Below the pieces are notes generated by a model. It worked only from the letters and a program-made list of their open reading frames with translations. It searched no databases and was not told the DNA's origin. This document shows, one piece after another, positions 57,183 to 64,000 of a stretch of DNA of 64,000 nt. The position numbers and the translations under genes are program-made. The stretch is from a virus, in IMG/VR virus record IMGVR_UViG_3300034105_002232, one strand, 5' to 3'. Numbering within the stretch: the stretch's first letter is position 1; the number at the start of each line of letters is the position of its first letter.

Positions 57183-57503
57183 TCAATGAAAACTTCCCTG
57201 AAAACAATGCCGCATTTCGTGTCCAATTTCATGCATGGTGCTGTGTTGTCCGGTTATCACAATGCATGAATTGCCTTCCCAAAACGAGCAAGCATCTACA
57301 CCAAATCCAAACCCACCAAGCCCACGACGTCGACTTTCTGCTTCGCAAGCCTTTTGCACGTTATCGGCAACAACCCATTTTATTGTGCTGGTGTTGGTAA
57401 AATTCTTGTTGGTGTTAAATCGTGCTTCGGGATCTTTCCACGATCCCGCAAAACTTGAAGTTGCAAAAATAGCAATTACAACAAAAGCAATAACGTTTTT
57501 CAT
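57183..57503 (-). CDS. Secreted protein with HExxH motifs
   Basis: Signal peptide ending SFA; HEIGHEMRH. Confidence 0.65.
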   Translation of the reverse strand: MKNVIAFVVIAIFATSSFAGSWKDPEARFNTNKNFTNTSTIKWVVADNVQKACEAESRRRGLGGFGFGVDACSFWEGNSCIVITGQHSTMHEIGHEMRHCFQGSFH

Positions 57504-57533
57504 AGTCAACACCTTATTAATTACTGTACAACT

Positions 57534-57562
57534 ATTATAGCAAAATGGGTATTTAAAGTCAA
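57534..57562 (-). promoter_or_regulatory. sigma70-type promoter
   Basis: TTGACT-17bp-TATAAT with extended TG. Confidence 0.8.
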
Positions 57563-57846
57563 CCTGATTTTTCGTTGCTATCTTTGTAATACTTTTGCTG
57601 CTTGTGCTTGCGTTCCTGCATGGTTTCTTGGCCCAGGGCTCGTCGCGGATTCATGCACATGTAACATCGGGGATCACCGCAGTTCAGTATTGCGGTTTTG
57701 TGGTTTCTATGTGGCTGTTCAATGTATTTCCACTTGGTGCCTTGATGCATGGCATAGGATTTGGCAATACCAACTTGGCGTTGTATCTTGGTTTCGTCGT
57801 TGAATCTACGACGACTGTTGCGAAACTTATCTTCCTCATGAGACAT
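57559..57846 (-). CDS. Basic hypothetical protein with CG.P.C.MC motif
   Basis: AAGGAG SD; start MSHEED. Confidence 0.7.
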   Translation of the reverse strand: MSHEEDKFRNSRRRFNDETKIQRQVGIAKSYAMHQGTKWKYIEQPHRNHKTAILNCGDPRCYMCMNPRRALGQETMQERKHKQQKYYKDSNEKSG

Positions 57847-57862
57847 AGCTTGCTCCTTAAAT

Positions 57863-57952
57863 TGGCGGAAGCGGTGAGATTCGAACTCACGGACCCATCT
57901 CTGAATCACTAGTTTTCAAGACTAGAGCAATCGTCCACTCTGCCACACTTCC
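57863..57952 (-). tRNA. tRNA-Ser(TGA)
   Basis: CTAGT-CTTGAAA-ACTAG arm, long variable arm, G73. Confidence 0.93.
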
Positions 57953-57970
57953 TTGCATTACTATTTAACC

Positions 57971-58048
57971 TGGAGCAACGGGCGTGATTCGAACACGCGG
58001 TTTTAGGGATTTGCAGTCCCTTGCATTGGGCCGCTCTGCCACCGTTGC
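57971..58048 (-). tRNA. tRNA-Cys(GCA)
   Basis: AGGGA-CTGCAAA-TCCCT arm, U73. Confidence 0.93.
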
Positions 58049-58058
58049 ATAAACTTTT

Positions 58059-58133
58059 TGGTCCGGCTAGCAGGAATCGAACCCACATTAAAGGAGTAGA
58101 AATCCTCTGTATTATCCATTATACTATAGCCAG
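58059..58133 (-). tRNA. tRNA-Arg(TCT)
   Basis: GAGGA-TTTCTAC-TCCTT arm, encoded CCA. Confidence 0.9.
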
Positions 58134-58471
58134 ACTAAACCTGCATGTACTTCGGCGTGACAATTAGCACACAATAAAGTACATTTATTAATTTCTTTTC
58201 TTAACTGCTCTATAGGAGCACCTCTTTTACCACTAATACCAAATTCTTTTATTGATGGATCAATGTGGTGCCACTGTAATGCCGCAAAAGATTTATCATA
58301 CTTGCATCTTTCGCACTTGCCGCCACGCTCAATAATTAACTGGTCTAATTTATCTCTAGCAACTTTATAGGTTCGTTTATTCCAGCATTTTTTGCATTGA
58401 TAACGATACCCCTTTGCATAGAAATGCGATGCTCCTTCGATGCCGCAATCTTTACAGACATACTCTTTCAT
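58124..58471 (-). CDS. HNH endonuclease (homing-type)
   Basis: CxxC pairs, WHH.DP and LLCANCHAEVH motifs; GGAG SD; ATAAATA upstream. Confidence 0.85.
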   Translation of the reverse strand: MKEYVCKDCGIEGASHFYAKGYRYQCKKCWNKRTYKVARDKLDQLIIERGGKCERCKYDKSFAALQWHHIDPSIKEFGISGKRGAPIEQLRKEINKCTLLCANCHAEVHAGLVWL

Positions 58472-58513
58472 TTTGCTCTCCTGGTTAGAGTATTTATCTC
58501 TAACCAAAGATCA

Positions 58514-58590
58514 TGGTGGGCCGGGTGAGACTCGAACTCACTGTCACCCGATTATGAGTCGGACGCTTATACCAGTTAAGCTTCCGGCCC
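58514..58590 (-). tRNA. tRNA-Ile2(CAT), lysidine type (or Met)
   Basis: CAT anticodon; C4-G69 and C5-G68 TilS-type pairs; A73. Confidence 0.8.
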
Positions 58591-58643
58591 ACGAGTGCCC
58601 GCTTGATTACTAGAACTTAATCTAGACCGCGCTACACAAAACT

Positions 58644-58726
58644 TGGTACCCGGAGCCGGACTTGAACCGGCACGCCATGAGCGGGAGATTTTAAGTCTCC
58701 TGTGTCTACCATTCCACCACCCGGGC
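58644..58726 (-). tRNA. tRNA-Leu(TAA)
   Basis: GGAGA-CTTAAAA-TCTCC arm, variable arm, A73. Confidence 0.93.
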
Positions 58727-58741
58727 AAAACTTTTAAAACT

Positions 58742-58815
58742 TGGTGCCCCTTGACAGAATCGAACTGCCAATTGATGATTACAAATCAACTGTTATACCA
58801 TTTAACTAAAAGGGC
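58742..58815 (-). tRNA. tRNA-Thr(TGT)
   Basis: Loop TTTGTAA, encoded CCA. Confidence 0.9.
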
Positions 58816-58821
58816 AAATCT

Positions 58822-58909
58822 TGGCGGAGAGTATAGGAATCGAACCTATCCACCGGTTACCCAGTGACAGTTTAGCAAACTGTTGCCTTAACCGCTCGGC
58901 CAACTCTCC
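58822..58909 (-). tRNA. tRNA-Ser(GCT)
   Basis: ACAGT-TTGCTAA-ACTGT arm, long variable arm. Confidence 0.93.
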
Positions 58910-58921
58910 TAACTTGTTACT

Positions 58922-58950
58922 ATTATATAGTGTAGTACCTTTAATGTCAA
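58922..58950 (-). promoter_or_regulatory. Consensus sigma70 promoter of tRNA cluster 1
   Basis: TTGACA-17bp-TATAAT. Confidence 0.88.
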
Positions 58951-59660
58951 GCAGTTTGTATATATGGATAGATTCTACGTAAGTCTTTACCAGCTAGACT
59001 CACTAGCTCATCTTTCTGAGTGCTTCTGTTAACGGCTAAACACGGGTGTATAACGGTTCCAGATTTTAGGGTCAATCCTTCTCCAAACACTTGACAGCTA
59101 AGACCCACATAAACATTATCTTCTAATGTGTTATAAACGTGAATACCTGCTTGCCGTTGTATTATACAATTTTTTCCAATAATGTTATGATGTCCAATTG
59201 CTGCATATGAAAAAATACCAGTAAAATCTCCAATGGTGTTATATCCAGAAATATAAACAAAAGAATCAATCAAAACATTTTTTCCAATAGAAACTGTTTT
59301 ATGTACACAGGCAGTAGGATCAACCACTGATATACATTCTAAATTATACATTTCTATCAGGTCTATGAACTTTTTTTTCTTTTGTCTATCCCTGGCTTGA
59401 ATTGGATTTTTTTCACTGGTCCAGTTTACTACTAAAAAAAAGTTAAAGTTTGATTTGTAAAATTCAAGTAAATTACTATCTTTAAAATTCTCTTCTGTAT
59501 CAATGACACTAATACCTTCAATGTTGTTGGTATTACCGTAATAATCATTGTCTATCAGACCGTGTACCTTGATATCTAATTTTTCAAATAGATCTTTATA
59601 ATACCACAAAGCTGCATTAGATCCTAAAAATATTACAGGTTTACTATTATCGTTAATCAT
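58947..59660 (-). CDS. Hexapeptide-repeat acetyltransferase (PglD/NeuD-like)
   Basis: N-terminal Rossmann-like domain plus IG.N left-handed beta-helix repeats. Confidence 0.8.
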   Translation of the reverse strand: MINDNSKPVIFLGSNAALWYYKDLFEKLDIKVHGLIDNDYYGNTNNIEGISVIDTEENFKDSNLLEFYKSNFNFFLVVNWTSEKNPIQARDRQKKKKFIDLIEMYNLECISVVDPTACVHKTVSIGKNVLIDSFVYISGYNTIGDFTGIFSYAAIGHHNIIGKNCIIQRQAGIHVYNTLEDNVYVGLSCQVFGEGLTLKSGTVIHPCLAVNRSTQKDELVSLAGKDLRRIYPYIQTA

Positions 59661-60235
59661 TGATTAATAAAATAAGGTTTAAAAAAATTAACAGTTTCTT
59701 GCCAAGACGAAAAGGTAGATGATTGAAATCTAAGACTAAACGTCCATCTATGTTGATTGCTATTATTTAAAATTCTATGAGGAATTGCTGCATTAATTAA
59801 TGTTGGTTTTAAAATTTGACAACGTTCAATTTCAGTTACTTCGTTGTCATCCCATTGCTGATATTCCATGTTGCTAAAATTCTTTTTAGATTGCGTAATC
59901 ATGTCATGATTATTGGGCTGGTACCAAATCATATATGAATCTAGCCCACTTAATACCCAATTAACACCAATTTGGTTAGTACCAGGTGGCCCATCACGAT
60001 GTATAATGCTGTTCATGTTGGGTGGACCACAAAAAAGATGACAATTGTTAATTTTTAATTTATGTTCGGCCGCCCAGTGTTGTATATCTAGATGCACTAC
60101 TTCCAAATTTTTATCTTCAACATAATGCCAGAGATACCATTTTTGTTGGTCAAAATTTTCTTGCTCGAGCGCAGGAAAAACAAAATTGTCTTTTAACGGA
60201 TTAGTAAAAAAGTTCAATTCATGATAATTTTTCAT
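59657..60235 (-). CDS. Cupin/2OG-Fe(II) oxygenase-like protein
   Basis: IHRD...PH.I.N...R..FSLR motif. Confidence 0.7.
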   Translation of the reverse strand: MKNYHELNFFTNPLKDNFVFPALEQENFDQQKWYLWHYVEDKNLEVVHLDIQHWAAEHKLKINNCHLFCGPPNMNSIIHRDGPPGTNQIGVNWVLSGLDSYMIWYQPNNHDMITQSKKNFSNMEYQQWDDNEVTEIERCQILKPTLINAAIPHRILNNSNQHRWTFSLRFQSSTFSSWQETVNFFKPYFINQ

Positions 60236-61292
60236 CTTGTACTGTATATTTTTCATACTTTGCTTTTTCGTTAAAAATATGTTCTCTATCTTTGTCAACT
60301 AGCCTAGCAAAATCATCTAGACTATATAATAACCCATTGTGTCTAATCTGAGAAGCTCTAAATGTCTGTGGAGTATTAAAAATTTTATTTAGATAACAAA
60401 TGGTTCTTGCCATGGTACGTTTATCGCCATCTTTGACATTGGTAGGTCTTTTATGCAACGTTATTTCTTGATCCATGAATACAATTTGGCCATCTTGCCA
60501 ATTTTGAGTATGCACATATTCTTCTTTGTACACAACTTTTTTTAATTCGTCCATTATACGATTACTTTCTGCAATAGACATACCAACGAATCCGTCAAAA
60601 CTATGACTAGGAATCTTCATACCCGATAACCCAGTTGCTGTTTCTCTATACAGCCGAGTCTCCATGCCATCAATAGGAACCATGTTATAATGTATAATCA
60701 ATGTTTGTACAGGATTCAATCCAGGGGCCATCACATGATCAACCCACTTGTGTTTTACAAACAATTCTTTAACTGTGCTGCGCATGTCTGAGCTCAATGA
60801 TTCATATGCATCGTGTGTGCATAAAAACTGCGTTTGACTGTTTACAGTATCGCTTATGCTTTTGAGACCAATGATCCGTTGCCCATCATCAAATGCACAC
60901 TGATCGCTGTGCCAATCCAATTCTCCATTTTGGAAGATTCCGGATGGTCTACCCTTGGGGCCTTTTTTATAACTCACCATGCTTACTGCCTTATGCATGT
61001 CGTTTCCTGCTGAATTACTGACGTAACCCAAGTTTACAAGAATTTCTCTCCAATGGCGGCCTTCAATTTTCTTTTCAGTCACATACTCGTGAATTAACGC
61101 TCTACTTGGATCACCCCATTCTAACATACTTTTATACAACATTTCTGTGGTAATATCTTGTTCAACAACTACTATACACTGTGATGCACACAATTTACCC
61201 AATTCTGTAATCTCGTCCGGCGACGCCCAATCAATATCGTATGCCTCGAGGCCAACACTGGCCCCATAATTTTTCAATGGTCTGGTTTTCAT
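60219..61292 (-). CDS. TauD/TfdA-family 2OG dioxygenase
   Basis: WHSD, TQF and W..G.IV..D...LH.R motifs. Confidence 0.85.
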   Translation of the reverse strand: MKTRPLKNYGASVGLEAYDIDWASPDEITELGKLCASQCIVVVEQDITTEMLYKSMLEWGDPSRALIHEYVTEKKIEGRHWREILVNLGYVSNSAGNDMHKAVSMVSYKKGPKGRPSGIFQNGELDWHSDQCAFDDGQRIIGLKSISDTVNSQTQFLCTHDAYESLSSDMRSTVKELFVKHKWVDHVMAPGLNPVQTLIIHYNMVPIDGMETRLYRETATGLSGMKIPSHSFDGFVGMSIAESNRIMDELKKVVYKEEYVHTQNWQDGQIVFMDQEITLHKRPTNVKDGDKRTMARTICYLNKIFNTPQTFRASQIRHNGLLYSLDDFARLVDKDREHIFNEKAKYEKYTVQDEKLS

Positions 61293-61318
61293 TTTTATCC
61301 TTTAGTAAATATATTGCT

Positions 61319-61424
61319 AGTAGAAGTTCTACTCACGGACGGCGTTCCGCATAATCTAATGCGGTAAAGAGGTAGCTCCCCAAGCGTCTAATAGACCGAC
61401 GTCAACACTATGTTGGCGCTGCAC
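61319..61424 (-). ncRNA. Candidate structured 5' leader RNA of the TauD operon
   Basis: Five consecutive hairpins downstream of TATAAATA (61428-61435). Confidence 0.45.
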
Positions 61425-61459
61425 TACTATTTATATTAGCGTAACAGTCCTGTCAACCT

Positions 61460-62023
61460 TTACATTGTAGGACCGTTACCGTTTTTAAATCCTACTTCAC
61501 CACCTTCTGCAACGATACGCTTGATCACATCTTCAAACAGCACGGGTGCAAAGTCAGTTTGTTCTACGCAGACGCAATGGTATCTAGTATCAACCGCACC
61601 ATCTTTCATTACTCTGTTACTGTGCAGATGTCCATGTATATTAGTACCAAAACGGCCTAGGCTGTCCGAGTGAATAGGAATATGACTCAGTATCATTCCG
61701 TTCATCACGTGGTAGGCACGTAATTCTCTAAAGTATTCGCGGTACTCGTCGTCACGGAAGATATCGTGATTACCACGTATCAGCACCTTGTCCCCGTTTA
61801 GGCGAGCCAATGTACTCAATGCTCTACGATTGATCACAACATCACCCAGGTGATAAACTTTATCGTTGGGCCCAACACGCTCGTTCCAGGCCTTGACCAT
61901 AAACTCATCCATTTCTTCTGGATCGTCCCAAGGACGCAGTTTGGTCACACCATCGTTGCGTAGGAATCTACATACGCCAGCATGACCAAAATGCGTGTCA
62001 CTTACTAAAAATACTGCTGGCAT
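61460..62023 (-). CDS. Calcineurin-like phosphoesterase
   Basis: SDTHFGH, HLGD, GNHD and HGHLH motifs. Confidence 0.9.
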   Translation of the reverse strand: MPAVFLVSDTHFGHAGVCRFLRNDGVTKLRPWDDPEEMDEFMVKAWNERVGPNDKVYHLGDVVINRRALSTLARLNGDKVLIRGNHDIFRDDEYREYFRELRAYHVMNGMILSHIPIHSDSLGRFGTNIHGHLHSNRVMKDGAVDTRYHCVCVEQTDFAPVLFEDVIKRIVAEGGEVGFKNGNGPTM

Positions 62024-62039
62024 ATTCAACTCCTTTCTA

Positions 62040-62276
62040 TTATCCAAATATTGCTTTTATTACACGATAGTTTTTATCAGTGCCACGAACTTCTACCCGA
62101 GTCTTGTCAATTTCAGCTAGTTCTTGTGCTACCCCTTTAGCCCAGGGCAAAGGTAATTCTACTCGTTCATTGTCATGATCGGGATAGCGTAGCGGCATCC
62201 ACTGTGCATACCCACCAAATCCCTCAGCATTAGTTTCTGTTTGGGGATTGGCAAGCCAAATTTCATATAATGCCAT
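62040..62276 (-). CDS. Hypothetical protein
   Basis: AAGGA SD. Confidence 0.6.
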   Translation of the reverse strand: MALYEIWLANPQTETNAEGFGGYAQWMPLRYPDHDNERVELPLPWAKGVAQELAEIDKTRVEVRGTDKNYRVIKAIFG

Positions 62277-62289
62277 AATACTTTCCTTT

Positions 62290-62595
62290 CTATGCTGTTA
62301 TCCAACGTTCTTGTTCTTTTAAATATATTGATTCATTACCATCGTATTCATCTACACGAAACACAGTTCCCTCTGGTAACCATAGTATGGACAAATCTTT
62401 GAGCCCGCCTACGTAGGCATCGGGATACTTCAGTGTTACGTAACTTAGAATTTTATCCGTTTCTTCGGCTTCTAGCCACGCCACAATGCTTGGATCAAAA
62501 AGCAATTCTTCAATCTGGTGACAACTATACCATCCGACACCATACTCGGGGCTATAAAGCACTGCCACTTGTCCGTCACGAATTACACGTTCCAT
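62290..62595 (-). CDS. Hypothetical phage protein
   Basis: VAVLYSP..G.GW and EYDG.E motifs; AGGAGG SD. Confidence 0.75.
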   Translation of the reverse strand: MERVIRDGQVAVLYSPEYGVGWYSCHQIEELLFDPSIVAWLEAEETDKILSYVTLKYPDAYVGGLKDLSILWLPEGTVFRVDEYDGNESIYLKEQERWITA

Positions 62596-62618
62596 TATGC
62601 CCTCCTTTCTAAATATTT

Positions 62619-62710
62619 TGGTACCAGCGGAGGGAATCGAACCCTCTCAAGAACGCTAATCTGGCGCTAAAAGGTTTATAAAACCTCTCTGACTACCAAG
62701 TCTCGCTGGC
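62619..62710 (-). tRNA. Non-canonical tRNA-like gene with TAT anticodon
   Basis: 7-bp acceptor plus ACCA, normal T-arm, 4-nt D-loop, long extra arm. Confidence 0.7.
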
Positions 62711-62719
62711 AATTGTTTT

Positions 62720-62793
62720 TGGAGCGGGGTAGGAGAATCGAACTCCTCGCTTTAGCTTGGAAGGCTAAGGTATTACCACTATACGAACCCCGC
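62720..62793 (-). tRNA. tRNA-Gly(TCC)
   Basis: TTAGC-CTTCCAA-GCTAA arm, U73. Confidence 0.93.
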
Positions 62794-62802
62794 TTTAAAA
62801 CT

Positions 62803-62877
62803 TGGTACACCGTAGGAGAATCGAACTCCTCTTACCTGCGTGAAAGGGATGTGTCCTAACCAATAGACGAACGGTGC
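62803..62877 (-). tRNA. tRNA-Glu(TTC) with mismatched anticodon stem
   Basis: CATCC-CTTTCAC-GCAGG arm; acceptor and T arms intact. Confidence 0.8.
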
Positions 62878-62881
62878 ATAA

Positions 62882-62965
62882 ACCATATTGAAGCACACTT
62901 TAGATAAGCCCTATGCGTCCGACACGAATGCCACGCATCCAAGGCAAAATGTGTTTCAATATGGT
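62882..62965 (-). ncRNA. Long stem-loop between tRNA-Leu and tRNA-Glu
   Basis: ACCATATTGAAACACATTTT / AAAGTGTGCTTCAATATGGT with nested stems. Confidence 0.55.
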
Positions 62966-63045
62966 GCCTGGGGCGAGACTCGAACTCGCACGTCTCTCGA
63001 CACTGGCTTCTAAGACCAGCATGGCTACCATTACATCACCCAGGC
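62962..63045 (-). tRNA. tRNA-Leu(TAG)
   Basis: CTGGT-CTTAGAA-GCCAG arm, variable arm, A73. Confidence 0.92.
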
Positions 63046-63059
63046 ATTACTTGTTAAAT

Positions 63060-63097
63060 TGTTAAAGAGTACTCATGTCAGCACACTGTTTGGTGCT
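63060..63097 (-). promoter_or_regulatory. rrn-like boxB hairpin plus boxA antitermination element
   Basis: AGCAC-N8-GTGCT then TACTCTTTAACA (consensus TGCTCTTTAACA). Confidence 0.65.
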
Positions 63098-63126
63098 TGC
63101 TGCTTACTGCTTGATTCAATACACAT

Positions 63127-63156
63127 ATTATAGCAAACTACTGATTTTTGTGTCTA
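63127..63156 (-). promoter_or_regulatory. sigma70 promoter of tRNA cluster 2
   Basis: TAGACA-18bp-TATAAT with extended TG. Confidence 0.7.
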
Positions 63157-63161
63157 CCGTT

Positions 63162-63359
63162 TTATGCAATTTGTTTTTCGTTTGCTTCAATTTCATTTGC
63201 AATGGTATTCACTACTACCATGACTGCGGTCCAAACTGCTGCCGGGTTGTCGCTTCCGCGGGCTATCTGATCCACGTACTCCATGGCTAGATCAAATGTT
63301 GCACGATCAGCAAACATGCCGTTACGCATGTTTTTGGCCAACTGAAGATTGCTGTTCAT
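63162..63359 (-). CDS. Small hypothetical early protein
   Basis: AAGGAG SD; own promoter. Confidence 0.7.
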   Translation of the reverse strand: MNSNLQLAKNMRNGMFADRATFDLAMEYVDQIARGSDNPAAVWTAVMVVVNTIANEIEANEKQIA

Positions 63360-63389
63360 TTAGTTCTCCTTGTTGTTTACTGTACATAC

Positions 63390-63418
63390 ATTATAGCAAA
63401 ATGGGCTTTTATGAGCAA
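63390..63418 (-). promoter_or_regulatory. sigma70-type promoter
   Basis: TTGCTC-17bp-TATAAT with extended TG. Confidence 0.7.
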
Positions 63419-63419
63419 C

Positions 63420-64000
63420 CTAAATTTCACGCAAAAAAGTTAACTCTTTTATAATCTTTTCATTAAATCCTGAGGTTAAATCTAAAGCAACATTGGTGGT
63501 TATGGTATCAACAACTTTTTTTGCTAATATTGCATGATTACTACGACGCAAATGGTTAGGTCTTGGGTCAGGCCATCTCTGCTCGTCAAATTGAGTAGCT
63601 AGTTCCGTTGTTGCAAATTCAGCAGCTGATACACTGTCAAGTGATCCGTCAGACATAATTAAATTTGTGTACCTGGCACAATCAATCACAGTGTCCGATA
63701 CTGCATTAATAATTACGATTTTTATTTTTAATTCTGCAGCCAGACTATCAACACTATGTAAAAAATTTACAACATGCAGTTTCATTTTAGTTGTGTGTAT
63801 ATCTGAAAAATTTGTTTGATAATATTTTATTGCCAACATCTCGTCTCTAGATATTTTTTTTCTTGACTCGGGCGGTACATAGTTTATTAACTCTGCCGAG
63901 GATAACACAGGAAAATCTTTAAAGAAATATCCTCTTCCTTCGTGGGTCAAACAAACTATAACTAAGTCATGTTTGGTTATATATTTTCTGCATTGTTCAA
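63420..64000 (-). CDS. SGNH-like hypothetical protein, 5' end beyond window
   Basis: Frame open to the window edge; D.RPNHL...NH..LA motif. Confidence 0.55.
   Translation of the reverse strand, partial: EQCRKYITKHDLVIVCLTHEGRGYFFKDFPVLSSAELINYVPPESRKKISRDEMLAIKYYQTNFSDIHTTKMKLHVVNFLHSVDSLAAELKIKIVIINAVSDTVIDCARYTNLIMSDGSLDSVSAAEFATTELATQFDEQRWPDPRPNHLRRSNHAILAKKVVDTITTNVALDLTSGFNEKIIKELTFLREI

Noticed and set aside
58591-58643. Ribozyme or tRNA remnant in the tRNA spacer
   Set aside because: Only a 5-bp hairpin (CTAGA/TCTAG) is evident, and I could not build an HDV-like or cloverleaf fold.
58643-58867. 74-aa plus-strand ORF, and the 5' extensions of ORFs 56387..56665 and 57559..57909
   Set aside because: They overlap tRNA genes, and the two minus-strand ORFs have better SD-supported starts downstream.
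57863-63045. Stop-codon recoding or selenocysteine suggested by TGA, TAA and TAG anticodons
   Set aside because: These anticodons read UCA, UUA and CUA. Core genes are intact in code 11 and TAG/TGA are used as stops.

Overview
This 64-kb window comes from a large lytic T4-superfamily-like myophage (environmental jumbo-phage type). It uses standard code 11, and nearly all genes lie on the minus strand. A betaproteobacterial host is inferred from the ErpA-, IF-1- and omega-like sequences. Replication and DNA genes: a DpdA/TGT-family transglycosylase (cut by the window edge), sliding clamp, family B DNA polymerase, clamp loader and a DnaE fragment. Structural and lysis genes: probable head-internal proteins, baseplate/tail-fibre genes, and a lysis cassette (GH19 endolysin plus spanins). 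Host-like genes: ClpA, DnaJ, GroES, PhoH, Dps, SOD, ErpA, IF-1, a MazG-like enzyme, an ATE/Bpt-like transferase and an unannotated RNAP omega subunit. The window also holds many radical SAM, sulfotransferase, methyltransferase and oxygenase genes, 13 tRNA or tRNA-like genes with an HNH nuclease, and many sigma70 and TAAATA late-type promoters. The strongest novelty candidates are two coding repeat-and-cassette arrays. The first is a 615-aa polyprotein whose unrelated modules are separated by an 18-bp DNA repeat encoding QGVAE/G. The second is a translationally coupled array of small paralogues built from three constant DNA blocks with unrelated variable segments. Other leads are an omega lacking the ppGpp-binding N-terminus, a non-canonical UAU tRNA, a chimeric tRNA-Glu and several structured RNA candidates. 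Family assignments come from motif recognition by eye; no searches were run.
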